Origin: an uncultured Bacillota bacterium
GTDB lineage: Bacteria; Bacillota; Clostridia; Oscillospirales; Oscillospiraceae
Direction: 5' to 3'
Assembly: GCA_947172355.1 (NCBI GenBank)
Contig: CAMWBA010000001.1
Coordinates: 3,196 to 67,195 of the forward strand
DNA length: 64,000 nucleotides
Below the pieces are notes generated by a model that had not been told where the DNA came from, did not search any database, and saw only the letters and a list, made by a program, of their open reading frames with translations. This document shows, in pieces, positions 1-11,359 of the stretch. Positions within the stretch are counted from its first letter, which is position 1, and every line of letters starts with the position of its first letter. The position numbers and the translations under genes were made by a program.

Positions 1-10
1 TATGGCCTAA

Positions 11-50
11 AACCCCGTCCCTATCAGGCTATCCGGATAGGGACGGGGTT
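11..50. terminator. hairpin, probable intrinsic terminator downstream of the transaldolase-like gene
   Basis: aaccccgtccctatc-loop-gatagggacggggtt, a perfect 15-bp inverted repeat. Confidence 0.6.
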
Positions 51-141
51 ATTATCTCGCTGTCGTTTTAAAATAAGTCTCTGCGGTCTAGGCACCATTT
101 AGGCGTATTGCCATGTTCGAGACAAGCCTAACCTGACTGCT

Positions 142-1194
142 TTACCGATTCATCTCAGCGCGCTGCGTTTTGATTTCCGCCAAAGCATTCTTCCAGGCAT
201 CCTCAAAACTGCTGCGGAACAGTACCACAGGTCCGTAATCCTCATACTCCTCCTCGGTAATCCCGTGGACATAGTAAGCCCGGCGGAACTCATCCACCTT
301 TTCGGTCAGCTCGTCGACGACGGACTGGGGAATGGGCATGGCAAAACGCTGAACCACTGCGGGGTCCTCTTCTATAAGTTTGTCCGCAGTCCCCTTCCAG
401 TTGATGGTAACCACGCAGTCGGCGCCCACCATCTCGGTAAAGTGATGTAACCCCCGGGCGCCTCCGCCGATAAAACGAATTTGGCTGTTGCGCTCCTTCA
501 CCGCAGCATAAGTCTTTTTAGCCACGGCCAGACCGGCCTGCCAAACTGCGTCGGGAGAAACATCAATCCCCTTGTCAGCCACATACTTGGCCAAATACTG
601 GTCAAAGATGCCGGTGATCACAGAGTAATACATGGGGGCGGGGTCCTTTACCTTCGCACAAACATCGTCGTAAATATCCGCGATGTCCAGGGCTTGGCGG
701 ATAGTCATAATCTCAGTTGTATTGATGGGCACTCGTTCCGGAGCCAACTGCTTGATGGCCTTGATACCGCCGGGCACTACCGGAATCTTAGCGGTCATGT
801 TGGGCAGGTTGGCGGTGTTGAACTTGGCGTAGCGGACAATGGACTCCTCCGTCTCGTCAAAGGGGTCGCCTTGGATGCTCACATAGCCGCACTGACCATG
901 GGACGCCTCATACATGGGCATGAACTTCTGCGCAATCCCCTCAACCAAGGCCCGCTGGAGCTTTACCAGAGCCTGGGTGTCGTCCGGCTCAGACTTTAGA
1001 ATTTCAGCCAGCTTCTCCATGACATAGGGACGCTCCTCGGGGTCCTGCATCATCTTCCAGGTGTAGGCGGGATTCTGGGTACAGCCGGTGGCTCCAGCAG
1101 CAATCGCCTTGTCCGCCTGACTGCGGGATACATTGTTGATCCACATCCGAGTGGGGGTCTGGGCATGTACACGCTTAAAATAAGACTCTTTCAT
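142..1194 (-). CDS. transaldolase-family protein (divergent)
   Basis: 350 aa; GCTQNP (TxNP) motif, GYVSIQ strand, Schiff-base Lys in AKIPV, INTT motif; RBS gaggagg. Confidence 0.8.
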   Translation of the reverse strand: MKESYFKRVHAQTPTRMWINNVSRSQADKAIAAGATGCTQNPAYTWKMMQDPEERPYVMEKLAEILKSEPDDTQALVKLQRALVEGIAQKFMPMYEASHGQCGYVSIQGDPFDETEESIVRYAKFNTANLPNMTAKIPVVPGGIKAIKQLAPERVPINTTEIMTIRQALDIADIYDDVCAKVKDPAPMYYSVITGIFDQYLAKYVADKGIDVSPDAVWQAGLAVAKKTYAAVKERNSQIRFIGGGARGLHHFTEMVGADCVVTINWKGTADKLIEEDPAVVQRFAMPIPQSVVDELTEKVDEFRRAYYVHGITEEEYEDYGPVVLFRSSFEDAWKNALAEIKTQRAEMNR

Positions 1195-1342
1195 GGTGAT
1201 TTCCTCCTCAAAATATATTGTAGTTGACTATACTTTCTCCTGATTTGCTTTTGCACGCGTTTGCCGGAAGCCCTCTGGTTCCGCTCCAGCCGGGAGAAGA
1301 ACCAGGGAACCGGCGGAATTTATGGTGTCTTTCATTACTGTA

Positions 1343-1374
1343 ACCAGTATACCGGTATACCGGTTTGATGTCAA
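1343..1374 (-). promoter_or_regulatory. sigmaA promoter of the transaldolase-like gene overlapped by a palindromic GntR-type operator
   Basis: minus strand TTGACA(1374-1369)-17 bp-TATACT(1351-1346); the spacer contains the palindrome ACCGGTATACCGGT within tandem ACCRGTAT repeats. Confidence 0.7.
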
Positions 1375-1571
1375 GAGAAGAATCCTACAAAGTACAGCTC
1401 CCTTTTTTGTGAGAAATGCCCGTTTTGTAAATTTCGTCTTCTAGGAGCGCATTTTTGTTGACCATCCAGCCTTTTTTCGATATAATAGCCACAAAGCACT
1501 CGATTATATGTTGTTTTTCCAAAACCAGGGAACATTGCTCGCATGATTACCACAAAAAGGGAGAATCCACT

Positions 1572-2267
1572 ATGGCGGAATACAGACCGCTTCAAGAATC
1601 CGCATACAACCATATCCGAGACAAGGTGCTCTCTGGGCAACTCCAACCCAATGTTCTCTATTCCGAGACAAAAATGGCGGCGGAGCTGAATATCTCCCGC
1701 ACCCCCATGAAAGATGCGCTGGTGCGGCTGAGTCAGGAGCGGCTGATTGACATTCTTCCCAGCAAGGGATTCCGGCTCCATGTGATGTCAGACGAAGACA
1801 TTTTGCAGACCTATCAGGCCCGCACCGCTGTGGAGGGCTTTTGTGCTATGCAGCTGGCTCTGAAGCGGCGCACCCCCGCCGGTCGGGCCACCCTCCGTGC
1901 CATGGAGGCCACCTTGTCCGATATGAGCCAATTCTTGCAGCACAAGGACGCCGCTTCAGAGCCGATGGATACCTTTTTGGAATGGGACCTTCAATTCCAC
2001 CAGGCCTTGGTCGACTTTTCCGGGAACAACGAACTGCGCCAGCTGTTCAATTCTTACCACTACCGGCTGTATTTTATCGCCCTGGAGGCGTTCCAAGTAG
2101 CGGGCCGTCTCCAGCGCGCCTGTGAGGAGCATCAGAAAATTTTAGATGCCATCATGGATCCGAACGACCCAGTAGGCATCCGGGCTTACCTGACTGTCAT
2201 GAATCACATGGAAGCCACCCGAGATACCATGCGCACCTTGTCATTGGAGGGTACACCACGGTTATAA
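1572..2267 (+). CDS. GntR (FadR/FCD) family transcriptional regulator
   Basis: N-terminal wHTH (SETKMAAELNISRTPMKDAL), FCD motifs D..FH..L...SGN and EEHQKI; RBS aaggag before ATG 1572. Confidence 0.9.
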   Translation: MAEYRPLQESAYNHIRDKVLSGQLQPNVLYSETKMAAELNISRTPMKDALVRLSQERLIDILPSKGFRLHVMSDEDILQTYQARTAVEGFCAMQLALKRRTPAGRATLRAMEATLSDMSQFLQHKDAASEPMDTFLEWDLQFHQALVDFSGNNELRQLFNSYHYRLYFIALEAFQVAGRLQRACEEHQKILDAIMDPNDPVGIRAYLTVMNHMEATRDTMRTLSLEGTPRL

Positions 2268-2369
2268 CCCCCTCTTAACTTTTTTGCAGGCAGTCCGATA
2301 TCTATGTATACCGTCCGCCCACTCCAGCAGCTGTCCGGCGGACCAGGAAACCGCGCAGGGAGGCAATAC

Positions 2370-3122
2370 ATGTCCATCTATATCACCGGGGACACCCATG
2401 GAGATTTTACCCGCTTTCGACCCGCTCTTTTTTCCCCTCAGACCCATTTGACCAAAGAGGACTATGTAATCATCTGTGGCGATTTCGGCGGAATGTGGGA
2501 CAACGGACCGGAGGACGAATATTGGCTGAATTGGTTGGAGGAAAAGTCCTTTACCACCCTGTTTCTGGACGGAAACCACGAAAATTTTGATCTGCTGTCC
2601 TCCTATCCTGCGGAGGAGTGGCAGGGCGGCCTGGTTCAGCGGCTCCGGCCCTCAGTACTTCATTTAATGCGGGGGCAGATATTCAACCTTCAGGGGCTGA
2701 GCTTCTTCGTGATGGGCGGAGCCAGCAGCCACGACATCACCGGCGGCATCTTGGAGCCGGACGACCCCCACTGTAAGGAGAAACACCGCCAGCTGCTCCT
2801 ACAGGGCATCCCCCACCGGATCAACCACAGGACCTGGTGGCATGAAGAATTGCCCTGCGAAGAGGAATACCATACCGCTTGGACCAACCTGGAGCGCTGT
2901 GGCTGGACGGTGGATTGTATCCTTAGCCACTGCTGCCCCACCTCCATTCAAGAGGACTTATGCGCAGGGCGCTTCCCTCCCGACTCTCTCACCGATTTTC
3001 TGGAGGAGGTATCTCATCGCTGTCGGTTTAAATCCTGGTACTTTGGCCACTATCACCAGGACCGGACTGTGAAAAAGGGATTTCATCTGCTCTATGAGGA
3101 AATATTGCTGCTCAAACCTTAG
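2370..3122 (+). CDS. metallophosphoesterase (calcineurin-like)
   Basis: GDTHG, CGDFG, DGNHE and FGHYH motifs; RBS gggagg. Confidence 0.85.
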   Translation: MSIYITGDTHGDFTRFRPALFSPQTHLTKEDYVIICGDFGGMWDNGPEDEYWLNWLEEKSFTTLFLDGNHENFDLLSSYPAEEWQGGLVQRLRPSVLHLMRGQIFNLQGLSFFVMGGASSHDITGGILEPDDPHCKEKHRQLLLQGIPHRINHRTWWHEELPCEEEYHTAWTNLERCGWTVDCILSHCCPTSIQEDLCAGRFPPDSLTDFLEEVSHRCRFKSWYFGHYHQDRTVKKGFHLLYEEILLLKP

Positions 3123-3156
3123 AACCTGTATTCCTAACCGGGAGATGGAGGCCGGA

Positions 3157-3194
3157 CAAGGAAATTTTTCGCAGCAATCCTGACGGATCGCAAG
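3157..3194 (+). repeat. dispersed palindromic repeat, copy 1
   Basis: 30/38 identical to the reverse complement of 31526-31563; core gcaatcc-N4-ggatYgc. Confidence 0.55.
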
Positions 3195-3204
3195 CCACAT
3201 AGAA

Positions 3205-3242
3205 CATCCCCAGCGGCGGACCAAAGTCCGCCGCTGGGGATG
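3205..3242. terminator. hairpin between convergent genes
   Basis: catccccagcggcggac-caaa-gtccgccgctggggatg. Confidence 0.75.
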
Positions 3243-3263
3243 AAGCATTGTTTTGATTATAAG

Positions 3264-4959
<1,696 letters not shown>

Positions 4960-4967
<8 letters not shown>

Positions 4968-5400
4968 GTATACTCTCCTCCTGTTTTGGTGGGAAAAATG
5001 TTGGCTTAATAAAAGCGGATACATCTGTTATTAAGTTAGGTTCTTTTATACAATAAAACGGTCGGATGGAGTAAGAAGCTATCCCCATATAATACAATAA
5101 AGCTAGGGCAGCAGAACTGTTCGTCCATTTGTCCCCATGATAATTATAAAATCCGTCTTGAATGGTAAATGTTTCTTTTTCATCGTGAACAGACTTTAAT
5201 TGACCGAATAAATACTCGATTTGTTTTGAAAGATCCTCCGTTTTTGAATTTTCCAAATACATAATAGCAGGTGACCGGCTAGAATTACGAAAAGAATATA
5301 AGTTAACCGCATTCGTTGGATGTTTTGTTCTATCCATGCAAGAGGCAAATAGTCTCTTTACATTATCCTCTGTAAGTTCAATAGGTTCAGCTGAAATCAC
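4960..5400 (-). CDS. AT-rich hypothetical protein co-transcribed with glnS
   Basis: 146-aa ORF with GTG start and RBS gaagggg; its end overlaps the glnS start; markedly lower GC than neighbours. Confidence 0.7.
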
Positions 5401-5473
5401 AGTAACAACCCCCTTCAGCAGCTATCACAGTGGAGAAAGCAGTTTCGATCTGCTCCGGCAGTTCAATGGGACT

Positions 5474-5502
5474 ATTTTACACCAGAAATACCCGCTTTGC
5501 AA
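5474..5502 (-). promoter_or_regulatory. sigmaA promoter of the orf-glnS operon
   Basis: minus strand TTGCAA-17-TAAAAT. Confidence 0.55.
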
Positions 5503-5569
5503 GTATTTCCTGAAAACTCTTGTTCTGACGGAGAAAAGAGGATATAATAGGGGTATAGAGGTGAAAAGT

Positions 5570-6415
5570 ATGGTCTATGATATCATTGTGCTAGGCTCCG
5601 GTCCTGCCGGCCTGGCGGCGGCGATAGCCGCCAGAGGCCGAAACAAGTCTGTTTTGGTCATCGGGAACCGGTGGCAGGACAGCCCGCTGGCGAAGGCGGA
5701 GCGGGTGGACAACTACCCCGGCCTCCCCGGCCGGACGGGGCCGGAGCTTCTGGAGGAGCTCTATGAGCACGCCGCCGCCCTGGGCACGGAATTTGTGGTG
5801 GGCAAGGCATTGTCTCTGCTGGCTTGGAATGGTTTCTCTGTCACCGTGGGCAGCCAGATATATCAGGGAGAAAGCCTAATCCTGGCTCCCGGCGTTATAC
5901 GAACGGCCAAATTCCCCGGCGAGGCGGAGTATTTGGGCCGTGGGGTCAGCTACTGCGCCACCTGCGATGGAATGCTCTACCGAACCAAGCCTGTCGCTGT
6001 GGTAGGTCTTGCTCCCGACGCTCCCCAGGAGGCGAATTACTTGAAACGTCTGGGCTGTCAGGTAGTCTACGTCTCCCCTAACCCACCCCAGACGCTGGAC
6101 CCCGGCATCCCCTATGTGAAGGCGTCCAAGCTGGCGGTCAAGGGGGAACAGACCGTCACCGGGCTGGAGGCGGACGGAACCCTTCTCCCCTGCGCTGGCG
6201 TGTTTATCCTCCGCCGGGCAGTCGCCCCCACCGATCTGCTGCCCAATCTGGCAACCGAGGCGGACACCATCAAGGTGGACCGGAACATGGCCACCAATCT
6301 CCCTGGGGTTTTTGCCGCTGGTGACTGCACAGGAGCCCCGCTTCAGGTGGCTAAGGCGGTGGGAGAAGGCCATGTGGCCGCACTATCCGCCTGCGCCTAT
6401 TTAGACAGCAAATAA
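5570..6415 (+). CDS. trxB: thioredoxin reductase
   Basis: GSGPAG FAD motif, GVSYCATCDG redox motif, FAAGD; adjacent to thioredoxin. Confidence 0.88.
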   Translation: MVYDIIVLGSGPAGLAAAIAARGRNKSVLVIGNRWQDSPLAKAERVDNYPGLPGRTGPELLEELYEHAAALGTEFVVGKALSLLAWNGFSVTVGSQIYQGESLILAPGVIRTAKFPGEAEYLGRGVSYCATCDGMLYRTKPVAVVGLAPDAPQEANYLKRLGCQVVYVSPNPPQTLDPGIPYVKASKLAVKGEQTVTGLEADGTLLPCAGVFILRRAVAPTDLLPNLATEADTIKVDRNMATNLPGVFAAGDCTGAPLQVAKAVGEGHVAALSACAYLDSK

Positions 6416-6481
6416 TGGTTCTTCCAGCCACATACAGAAGACAGTTCCAACAAATTCTGAACAAAAGAAAGGAAGATTGCT

Positions 6482-6811
6482 ATGATTCATTTTGATACGG
6501 CATCCTTTGAACAGGCCCTCGATGAAGGCAAGCTGATTATGGCGGACTTTTGGGCCGACTGGTGCGGACCTTGTATGATGCTTGGCCCTGTCATCGAGGA
6601 TCTGGCCGAGAAGTACGAGGGCAAAGCGATTATCGGCAAGGTAAATACCGACAAAGAGGGTGAACTGGCTATGCGGTATGCTGTGTCCAACATCCCCACG
6701 GTTATTTTCTTCCAAAACGGCAAGGAAATTGACCGCAAGGTAGGTGTTATGCCCCCAGACGTCTATATCCAAGTACTGGAACAGAACTTGGATCATCAGC
6801 AACCCAGCTAG
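6482..6811 (+). CDS. trxA: thioredoxin
   Basis: DFWADWCGPC active site, IPT cis-Pro loop. Confidence 0.95.
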   Translation: MIHFDTASFEQALDEGKLIMADFWADWCGPCMMLGPVIEDLAEKYEGKAIIGKVNTDKEGELAMRYAVSNIPTVIFFQNGKEIDRKVGVMPPDVYIQVLEQNLDHQQPS

Positions 6812-6873
6812 AATCGCTCAACGGAATAAACTGGGCTCCTTGTCCCTTTCCCTGTATCCCCAGGTGGGGGCAG

Positions 6874-6908
6874 AAAATACCCCCTGTCCGCTGGACAGGG
6901 GGTATTTT
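6874..6908. terminator. bidirectional intrinsic terminator
   Basis: aaaataccccctgtcc-gct-ggacagggggtatttt between convergent genes. Confidence 0.8.
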
Positions 6909-7939
6909 TATCCGGGATAGTCGAAAATAATCGGGCGGACTTCCGGCGTCAGAGCCTCCAAAGAGAACCCTGCTGTCTGATAGCCCTCAATGATGGAAGG
7001 CAGCGCCTGTACCATATTGGTGTAGCGCTTGCTGTCGTGGGCAAGGAGAATAACCCGGCTGGTCCCCTCCAGCTTGGACAGGGCGTTTTTCACCAGCACA
7101 GAGGAGGAGGGCGTCTTTTTTACCGCATCCCCGGTCTGGCGGTTCCAGTCATAGTAGACAAAGCCCCGGCGTACCATTTCGCTGATAATCTCTCGATAGG
7201 TCGCGCCGTTGTATGCGTTGACGCTTCCACCGGGAAAACGAAAAATCTGGGGGGCTACCCCAGTGGCCTCCAAAATCAGGTGGTACTCCTGGGCAAAATC
7301 GTTCAGGAAAGCCTCCACCGAGGCATAGACTTTCGGATAGTCGTGGGAATAACTGTGGACCCCGATGGTATGTCCTGCGGCCACAATGTCTCGCATCCAC
7401 TGTTTGGCCTGTTCGGTGTCCTTGCCCACCACAAAGAAGGTGCCCTTTACTCCATAACGTTCCAAAATCTCCAGCACTTCCGGTGTACGGGCAGAAGGTC
7501 CATCGTCAAAGGTGAGGTAGGCCGTCTTTCCCTCCTCCTCTAGATTCCAGTCGTGGGGCTGGGCATACAGCTCGGGGTACAGGTCCTGGTAAGCAGGGCG
7601 TTCCGGAGCAGGCTCCTCCTCTGGGTCCTCCTGTTCCGACCGGTCTCCTGCCGGCAGCAGCACATCCTCTCCAGGCTGGAGGGGCGGTTCGTCTAAGGAC
7701 TGGCGCAGCTGAGTCAGCTCGCTTCGGGTCTGCTCCAGGCTGGCCCCCAGCACCACAGACAGACCGGTGGGCAAAAGAACCGCCAGCATGATCAGCAAAG
7801 CGGCCAGCGGTCTGCGCTGCCGCCCATCCTCCGCCAAGCGGGAAGGGGCAGGGCGCTTGAGACGCTTTCCCGCCCCTTCCTCCTGCCCCTGTGGGACCTC
7901 CCCCTCGATGGGCTGGCCCAATATATTATACTCTGACAT
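6908..7939 (-). CDS. membrane-anchored polysaccharide (peptidoglycan) deacetylase, CE4
   Basis: N-terminal TM segment; LTFDDGP, HSYSH, FRFPGG and LLAHD NodB motifs. Confidence 0.9.
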   Translation of the reverse strand: MSEYNILGQPIEGEVPQGQEEGAGKRLKRPAPSRLAEDGRQRRPLAALLIMLAVLLPTGLSVVLGASLEQTRSELTQLRQSLDEPPLQPGEDVLLPAGDRSEQEDPEEEPAPERPAYQDLYPELYAQPHDWNLEEEGKTAYLTFDDGPSARTPEVLEILERYGVKGTFFVVGKDTEQAKQWMRDIVAAGHTIGVHSYSHDYPKVYASVEAFLNDFAQEYHLILEATGVAPQIFRFPGGSVNAYNGATYREIISEMVRRGFVYYDWNRQTGDAVKKTPSSSVLVKNALSKLEGTSRVILLAHDSKRYTNMVQALPSIIEGYQTAGFSLEALTPEVRPIIFDYPG

Positions 7940-8021
7940 AGCCTCTCCCCTCCAGCCTCGGCAAAATTCGACATGAGCGGGCAAAGACCGCCGTTGTACG
8001 TTTTCTCTGGGTTCCTATATT

Positions 8022-8067
8022 ATACTACGCTTGTGGTAGATGACAGTCAAGTTACAGTACAGTTACA
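8022..8067 (-). promoter_or_regulatory. deacetylase promoter with upstream WalR-type box
   Basis: minus strand TGTAAC-TGTAC-TGTAAC (8067-8051) directly followed by TTGACT-17-TAGTAT. Confidence 0.6.
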
Positions 8068-8091
8068 AAAGAAGACAGTTTTTTCCACAAC

Positions 8092-8121
8092 AAAAAGCCC
8101 CGCCGCCGGCGGAGCTTTTTT
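8092..8121. terminator. terminator of the ftsEX-M23 operon
   Basis: aaaaagccccgcc-gcc-ggcggagctttttt. Confidence 0.7.
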
Positions 8122-8124
8122 GCG

Positions 8125-9360
8125 CTATTTAATCAGAGCACCGTCTATATACAGCGCCTTGTCCTTAAAATAGTTGATTGGGTCCACCCGGCTGCCGTTC
8201 TTCCGGATCTCAAAGTGGAGATGATTTCCGGTGGAGCGGCCGGTGGTGCCTACATAGCCAATGGTATTCCCCTGAGTGACGGTCTGCCCCTTCTTGCAGC
8301 CCAGTTTGCTCATATGGGCGTAGAGGGTACTGGTGCCGTCGCTGTGGGCAATGAGCACATAGTTGCCATAGGACCAATAAGCGCCGGTGCCCTTCTCAGC
8401 GGTAATGACCACGCCGCTCTTGGCCGCGTAGATGGGGGTGCCGGAGGGGGCAGGAATGTCGATGCCCGAATGCTTGCCGTATTTGCCGGTAGTGGGATGC
8501 TTCCGGTTGCCGTAGAGAGAGGAGAGCTTGTTATAGCTGCCGGCCAGGGGCCACATAAAGCCCGACTCACTCTTTACCTTGGCAATTTGGTCGGCATATT
8601 CTCTCTCTTTGGCCTTGATCTGCGCGTCCAGCTCTCTGGCGGCCTTGTTCAGCTCGGCCTCCATGGCCTCCAGTTGGTCCTCCTGGGTCTTGATCTCGCT
8701 GATGAGCTTGTCCACCTCGGCCTCTTGGTCCTTCAGTTCCTTTTTGGCGGACTGCTGCTGGGCCTTAGCCGCTTCCTGCTCCGCCTGCGCCTCTTCCAAG
8801 GCGTTTTTTTCCACGCTTACCCGGTTCTGGAGCGCCTCCAGGTCGTCCATCACCCGGTTGTCATACTCGATAAACTCCTCAATCATCATATAATTGTCCA
8901 GCAACTCAGAAAAGTCGCTGGAGGAGAACAGAATGGACCAATAGGAGGTCTCGCCCTCCTCCTCCATAAACCGAATTCGCTTACAGAACAGCTCATACTG
9001 GGCGGCCTCGTCGGCCTCTGCCTGGGCCAGTTCCTCTGTCTTCTGGGCAATCAGCTGGTCATACATCTCGATTTGGGCGCTAATGTTATCAATTTCCGCC
9101 TGAATCACGTCAATCTGGCTCTCTAGCAGTTCCTTTTTCTTCATGGCGCTGTCTTTGTCCGACTGGATCGCCTTCAGCTGTTCCTGGATATCCTTTTTCT
9201 GGGAGGCCAGCTTGCTGGCATCCCCCTTCAAAGCGTTAATCTCCGCTTGGGTAACCGCAGACGCCTCAGGAATCACCCCTGGTCCGGTCAAAGGGAGGAA
9301 CATCCCCAGCGTCAAAGCCAACGCCGCACAGCGGCGGAACCAGCTTTTGTTCTTTTTCAT
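8125..9360 (-). CDS. coiled-coil M23 peptidoglycan hydrolase (FtsEX partner, EnvC/CwlO-like)
   Basis: signal peptide, long coiled coil, HSGIDI ... YAH ... HLHFE M23 motifs; lies downstream of ftsX. Confidence 0.9.
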   Translation of the reverse strand: MKKNKSWFRRCAALALTLGMFLPLTGPGVIPEASAVTQAEINALKGDASKLASQKKDIQEQLKAIQSDKDSAMKKKELLESQIDVIQAEIDNISAQIEMYDQLIAQKTEELAQAEADEAAQYELFCKRIRFMEEEGETSYWSILFSSSDFSELLDNYMMIEEFIEYDNRVMDDLEALQNRVSVEKNALEEAQAEQEAAKAQQQSAKKELKDQEAEVDKLISEIKTQEDQLEAMEAELNKAARELDAQIKAKEREYADQIAKVKSESGFMWPLAGSYNKLSSLYGNRKHPTTGKYGKHSGIDIPAPSGTPIYAAKSGVVITAEKGTGAYWSYGNYVLIAHSDGTSTLYAHMSKLGCKKGQTVTQGNTIGYVGTTGRSTGNHLHFEIRKNGSRVDPINYFKDKALYIDGALIK

Positions 9361-9374
9361 CCTTCGCCCTCCTC

Positions 9375-9479
9375 CTATCGATACAGGAAAATGTTTGCCA
9401 AGATCGGCAGCAGCATCAGCAGCGCCAAAACTCCTGCCAGCACCGACATCATAATTTTCTGTCTTTTCTGTCGTTTCAT
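9375..9479 (-). CDS. 34-aa single-pass membrane peptide (not in ORF track)
   Basis: MKRQKRQKIMMSVLAGVLALLMLLPILANIFLYR*; strong RBS gaggagg; stop overlaps the RBS of the M23 gene. Confidence 0.75.
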   Translation of the reverse strand: MKRQKRQKIMMSVLAGVLALLMLLPILANIFLYR

Positions 9480-9503
9480 CCCGCGTCCTCCTCGCCGCAA
9501 ACC

Positions 9504-10400
9504 TTACACCTGCAAAAACTTCCGAATAGCAAACAGGGAACCGCCCACTCCGATAAAAGCACCCACACCGCAGAACACCGCCAAAATGGTGGGGGCCATC
9601 GACTGGTAGCTGATGATGGTAACCAAAGACAGACCATTGCCTTGGATGGCAAACTTAACCACCGCCTGATACAGTCCCCACTGGACAAAGAATGCGATCA
9701 GTGCTCCAGTAAGGCCCAGAAGCATCCCCTCCACAACAAAGGGCCATTCAATAAACCCGTCGGTAGCACCGCACATCTTCATAATGGCAATTTCTTCCCG
9801 GCGATAGAAGGTGGCCAGTTTAATGGTGTTGGCAATGATAAACAGGGAGATTACCAACAGCATCCCCACCAGCACCATGGCCACGCCGGTGGCAATATTG
9901 CGCACCAGAACAAAACCGTCCGCAATCTCAATGGCAGCGCGGACATTCCCCTTACCTACACCTTCCACCTGCTCTAAAGCCGCTTGGGTCTCGGCCATCC
10001 GTTCAATGTCTGCTATATGAACATGGTAACGATGCCGGAGGGTCTCATCCGGCAGGTCGGCCAGCAGGGCATTGTTCTCCCGCTTGGCTTTAAAGTCTTC
10101 CATCGCCCGCTGGGCGGTCACAAAGGACAGCTGGGAAACGTTGGGCACTTTTGACAGGGTGGGCTGAAGCGCCCGGGCCTGTTCTTCGGTGAGGCTGTCA
10201 TCTATGTAGACTACCATCTCGTTTTCGTTCTCCAAGTCCCCCAACATGCTGTCCAAATTCACCGCCAGCAGTGTGAAAGAACCCATAATAATCAAACAGG
10301 CCACAATCATGCACACGGCGGCAAAGGACATGAATCCGTGCGTAAAAATGGAGTGAACGCCCTCACTGATGTAGTATCCCGCATCAAATCTTCTCGACAT
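9504..10400 (-). CDS. ftsX: cell division permease FtsX
   Basis: four TM segments, IIANTIKL...RREEIAIMKMCGA...PFVVEG motif; overlaps the ftsE stop. Confidence 0.95.
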   Translation of the reverse strand: MSRRFDAGYYISEGVHSIFTHGFMSFAAVCMIVACLIIMGSFTLLAVNLDSMLGDLENENEMVVYIDDSLTEEQARALQPTLSKVPNVSQLSFVTAQRAMEDFKAKRENNALLADLPDETLRHRYHVHIADIERMAETQAALEQVEGVGKGNVRAAIEIADGFVLVRNIATGVAMVLVGMLLVISLFIIANTIKLATFYRREEIAIMKMCGATDGFIEWPFVVEGMLLGLTGALIAFFVQWGLYQAVVKFAIQGNGLSLVTIISYQSMAPTILAVFCGVGAFIGVGGSLFAIRKFLQV

Positions 10401-11073
10401 TGTAGTAACCACCTGTCTCGTCGCTGATAATCCGTCCGTTTTCAATGGCCACCACCCGTTTGGTAAAGCGGTTGACCAAATTCTTCTCATGGGTGACCAC
10501 CAAAACGGTAGTGCCCAGCTCGTTGATGCGCTCCAGCAGCATCATGATTTCCAGGGACCGCTGAGGGTCCAGGTTGCCGGTGGGCTCATCAGCAATAATC
10601 ATGCTCGGATTGTTGACCAAAGCTCGGGCAATGGCCACCCGCTGCTGTTCACCGCCGGACAGCTGGCTGGGATAGCGGTCGCCCTTTGTGTCCAGCCCCA
10701 CCAGCTGAAGCACATAAGGAATCCGCCGGCGAAGCTCCCGATTGGATGCGCCAATGGCCCGCATGGCAAAGGCAAGATTTTCATAGACCGTCTTCTTTTC
10801 TATAAGCCGGAAATTCTGGAAAATGACCCCCAGAGTCCTTCGCATTTTGGGCACCTGGCGAGGCGTGATATTGGTCAGATTAAAGCCGTTTACCATCACC
10901 CGGCCATCTGTAGGGGCGATCTCCGCTGTAATCAGTTTGATTACCGTGGATTTGCCAGAGCCAGAAGGGCCTACCAAAAAAACAAATTCCCCGTCGTCAA
11001 TGCGTATATTGATCCCCTTTAGGGCCTTGGTCCCGTTGTCATATTCTTTATATACATCAATAAGACGTATCAT
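10384..11073 (-). CDS. ftsE: cell division ATPase FtsE
   Basis: [29 protein letters not shown]. Confidence 0.95.
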   Translation of the reverse strand: MIRLIDVYKEYDNGTKALKGINIRIDDGEFVFLVGPSGSGKSTVIKLITAEIAPTDGRVMVNGFNLTNITPRQVPKMRRTLGVIFQNFRLIEKKTVYENLAFAMRAIGASNRELRRRIPYVLQLVGLDTKGDRYPSQLSGGEQQRVAIARALVNNPSMIIADEPTGNLDPQRSLEIMMLLERINELGTTVLVVTHEKNLVNRFTKRVVAIENGRIISDETGGYYNVEKI

Positions 11074-11157
11074 AGTACGCTCCGCTCCTCCGCTCAGCCA
11101 ATATTTCCGCATAAGGCGGTCTCTTTCTATCAAAGGCCGGGGACTTACCAGTGTTTC

Positions 11158-11186
11158 AGTGTACCACAGATTCAAATGTAAGTAAA
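11158..11186 (-). promoter_or_regulatory. proximal ftsE promoter
   Basis: minus strand TTTACT-17-TACACT with TG extension, overlapping inverted repeat cacagatt...aatctgtg. Confidence 0.45.
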
Positions 11187-11359
11187 TATATAATCTGTGA
11201 ACAATCTTCCCGCTGCCTGCTGTCAAATAAGGTTCAAACGTTCAAAAGGACCCCTGCGCAACCATCGCCGCAGCTCCCGCTTCTACACCATACCTTGCGG
11301 TACTCCAGCCTGGATGACTCTATGTGGGTTCGGTCCATTTTTTACCGCTTTGTCATTTT

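Noticed and set aside
1200-1340. Hairpin in the transaldolase leader as a riboswitch
   Set aside because: One stem (ctggttc/gaaccag) without a known aptamer core or terminator U-tract
5400-5470. T-box leader for glnS
   Set aside because: Leader too short, and no T-box consensus or antiterminator seen
11190-11340. raiA motif, 6S RNA or c-di-AMP riboswitch upstream of ftsE
   Set aside because: Conserved cores of these RNAs, as I recall them, are absent; kept only as an unassigned leader
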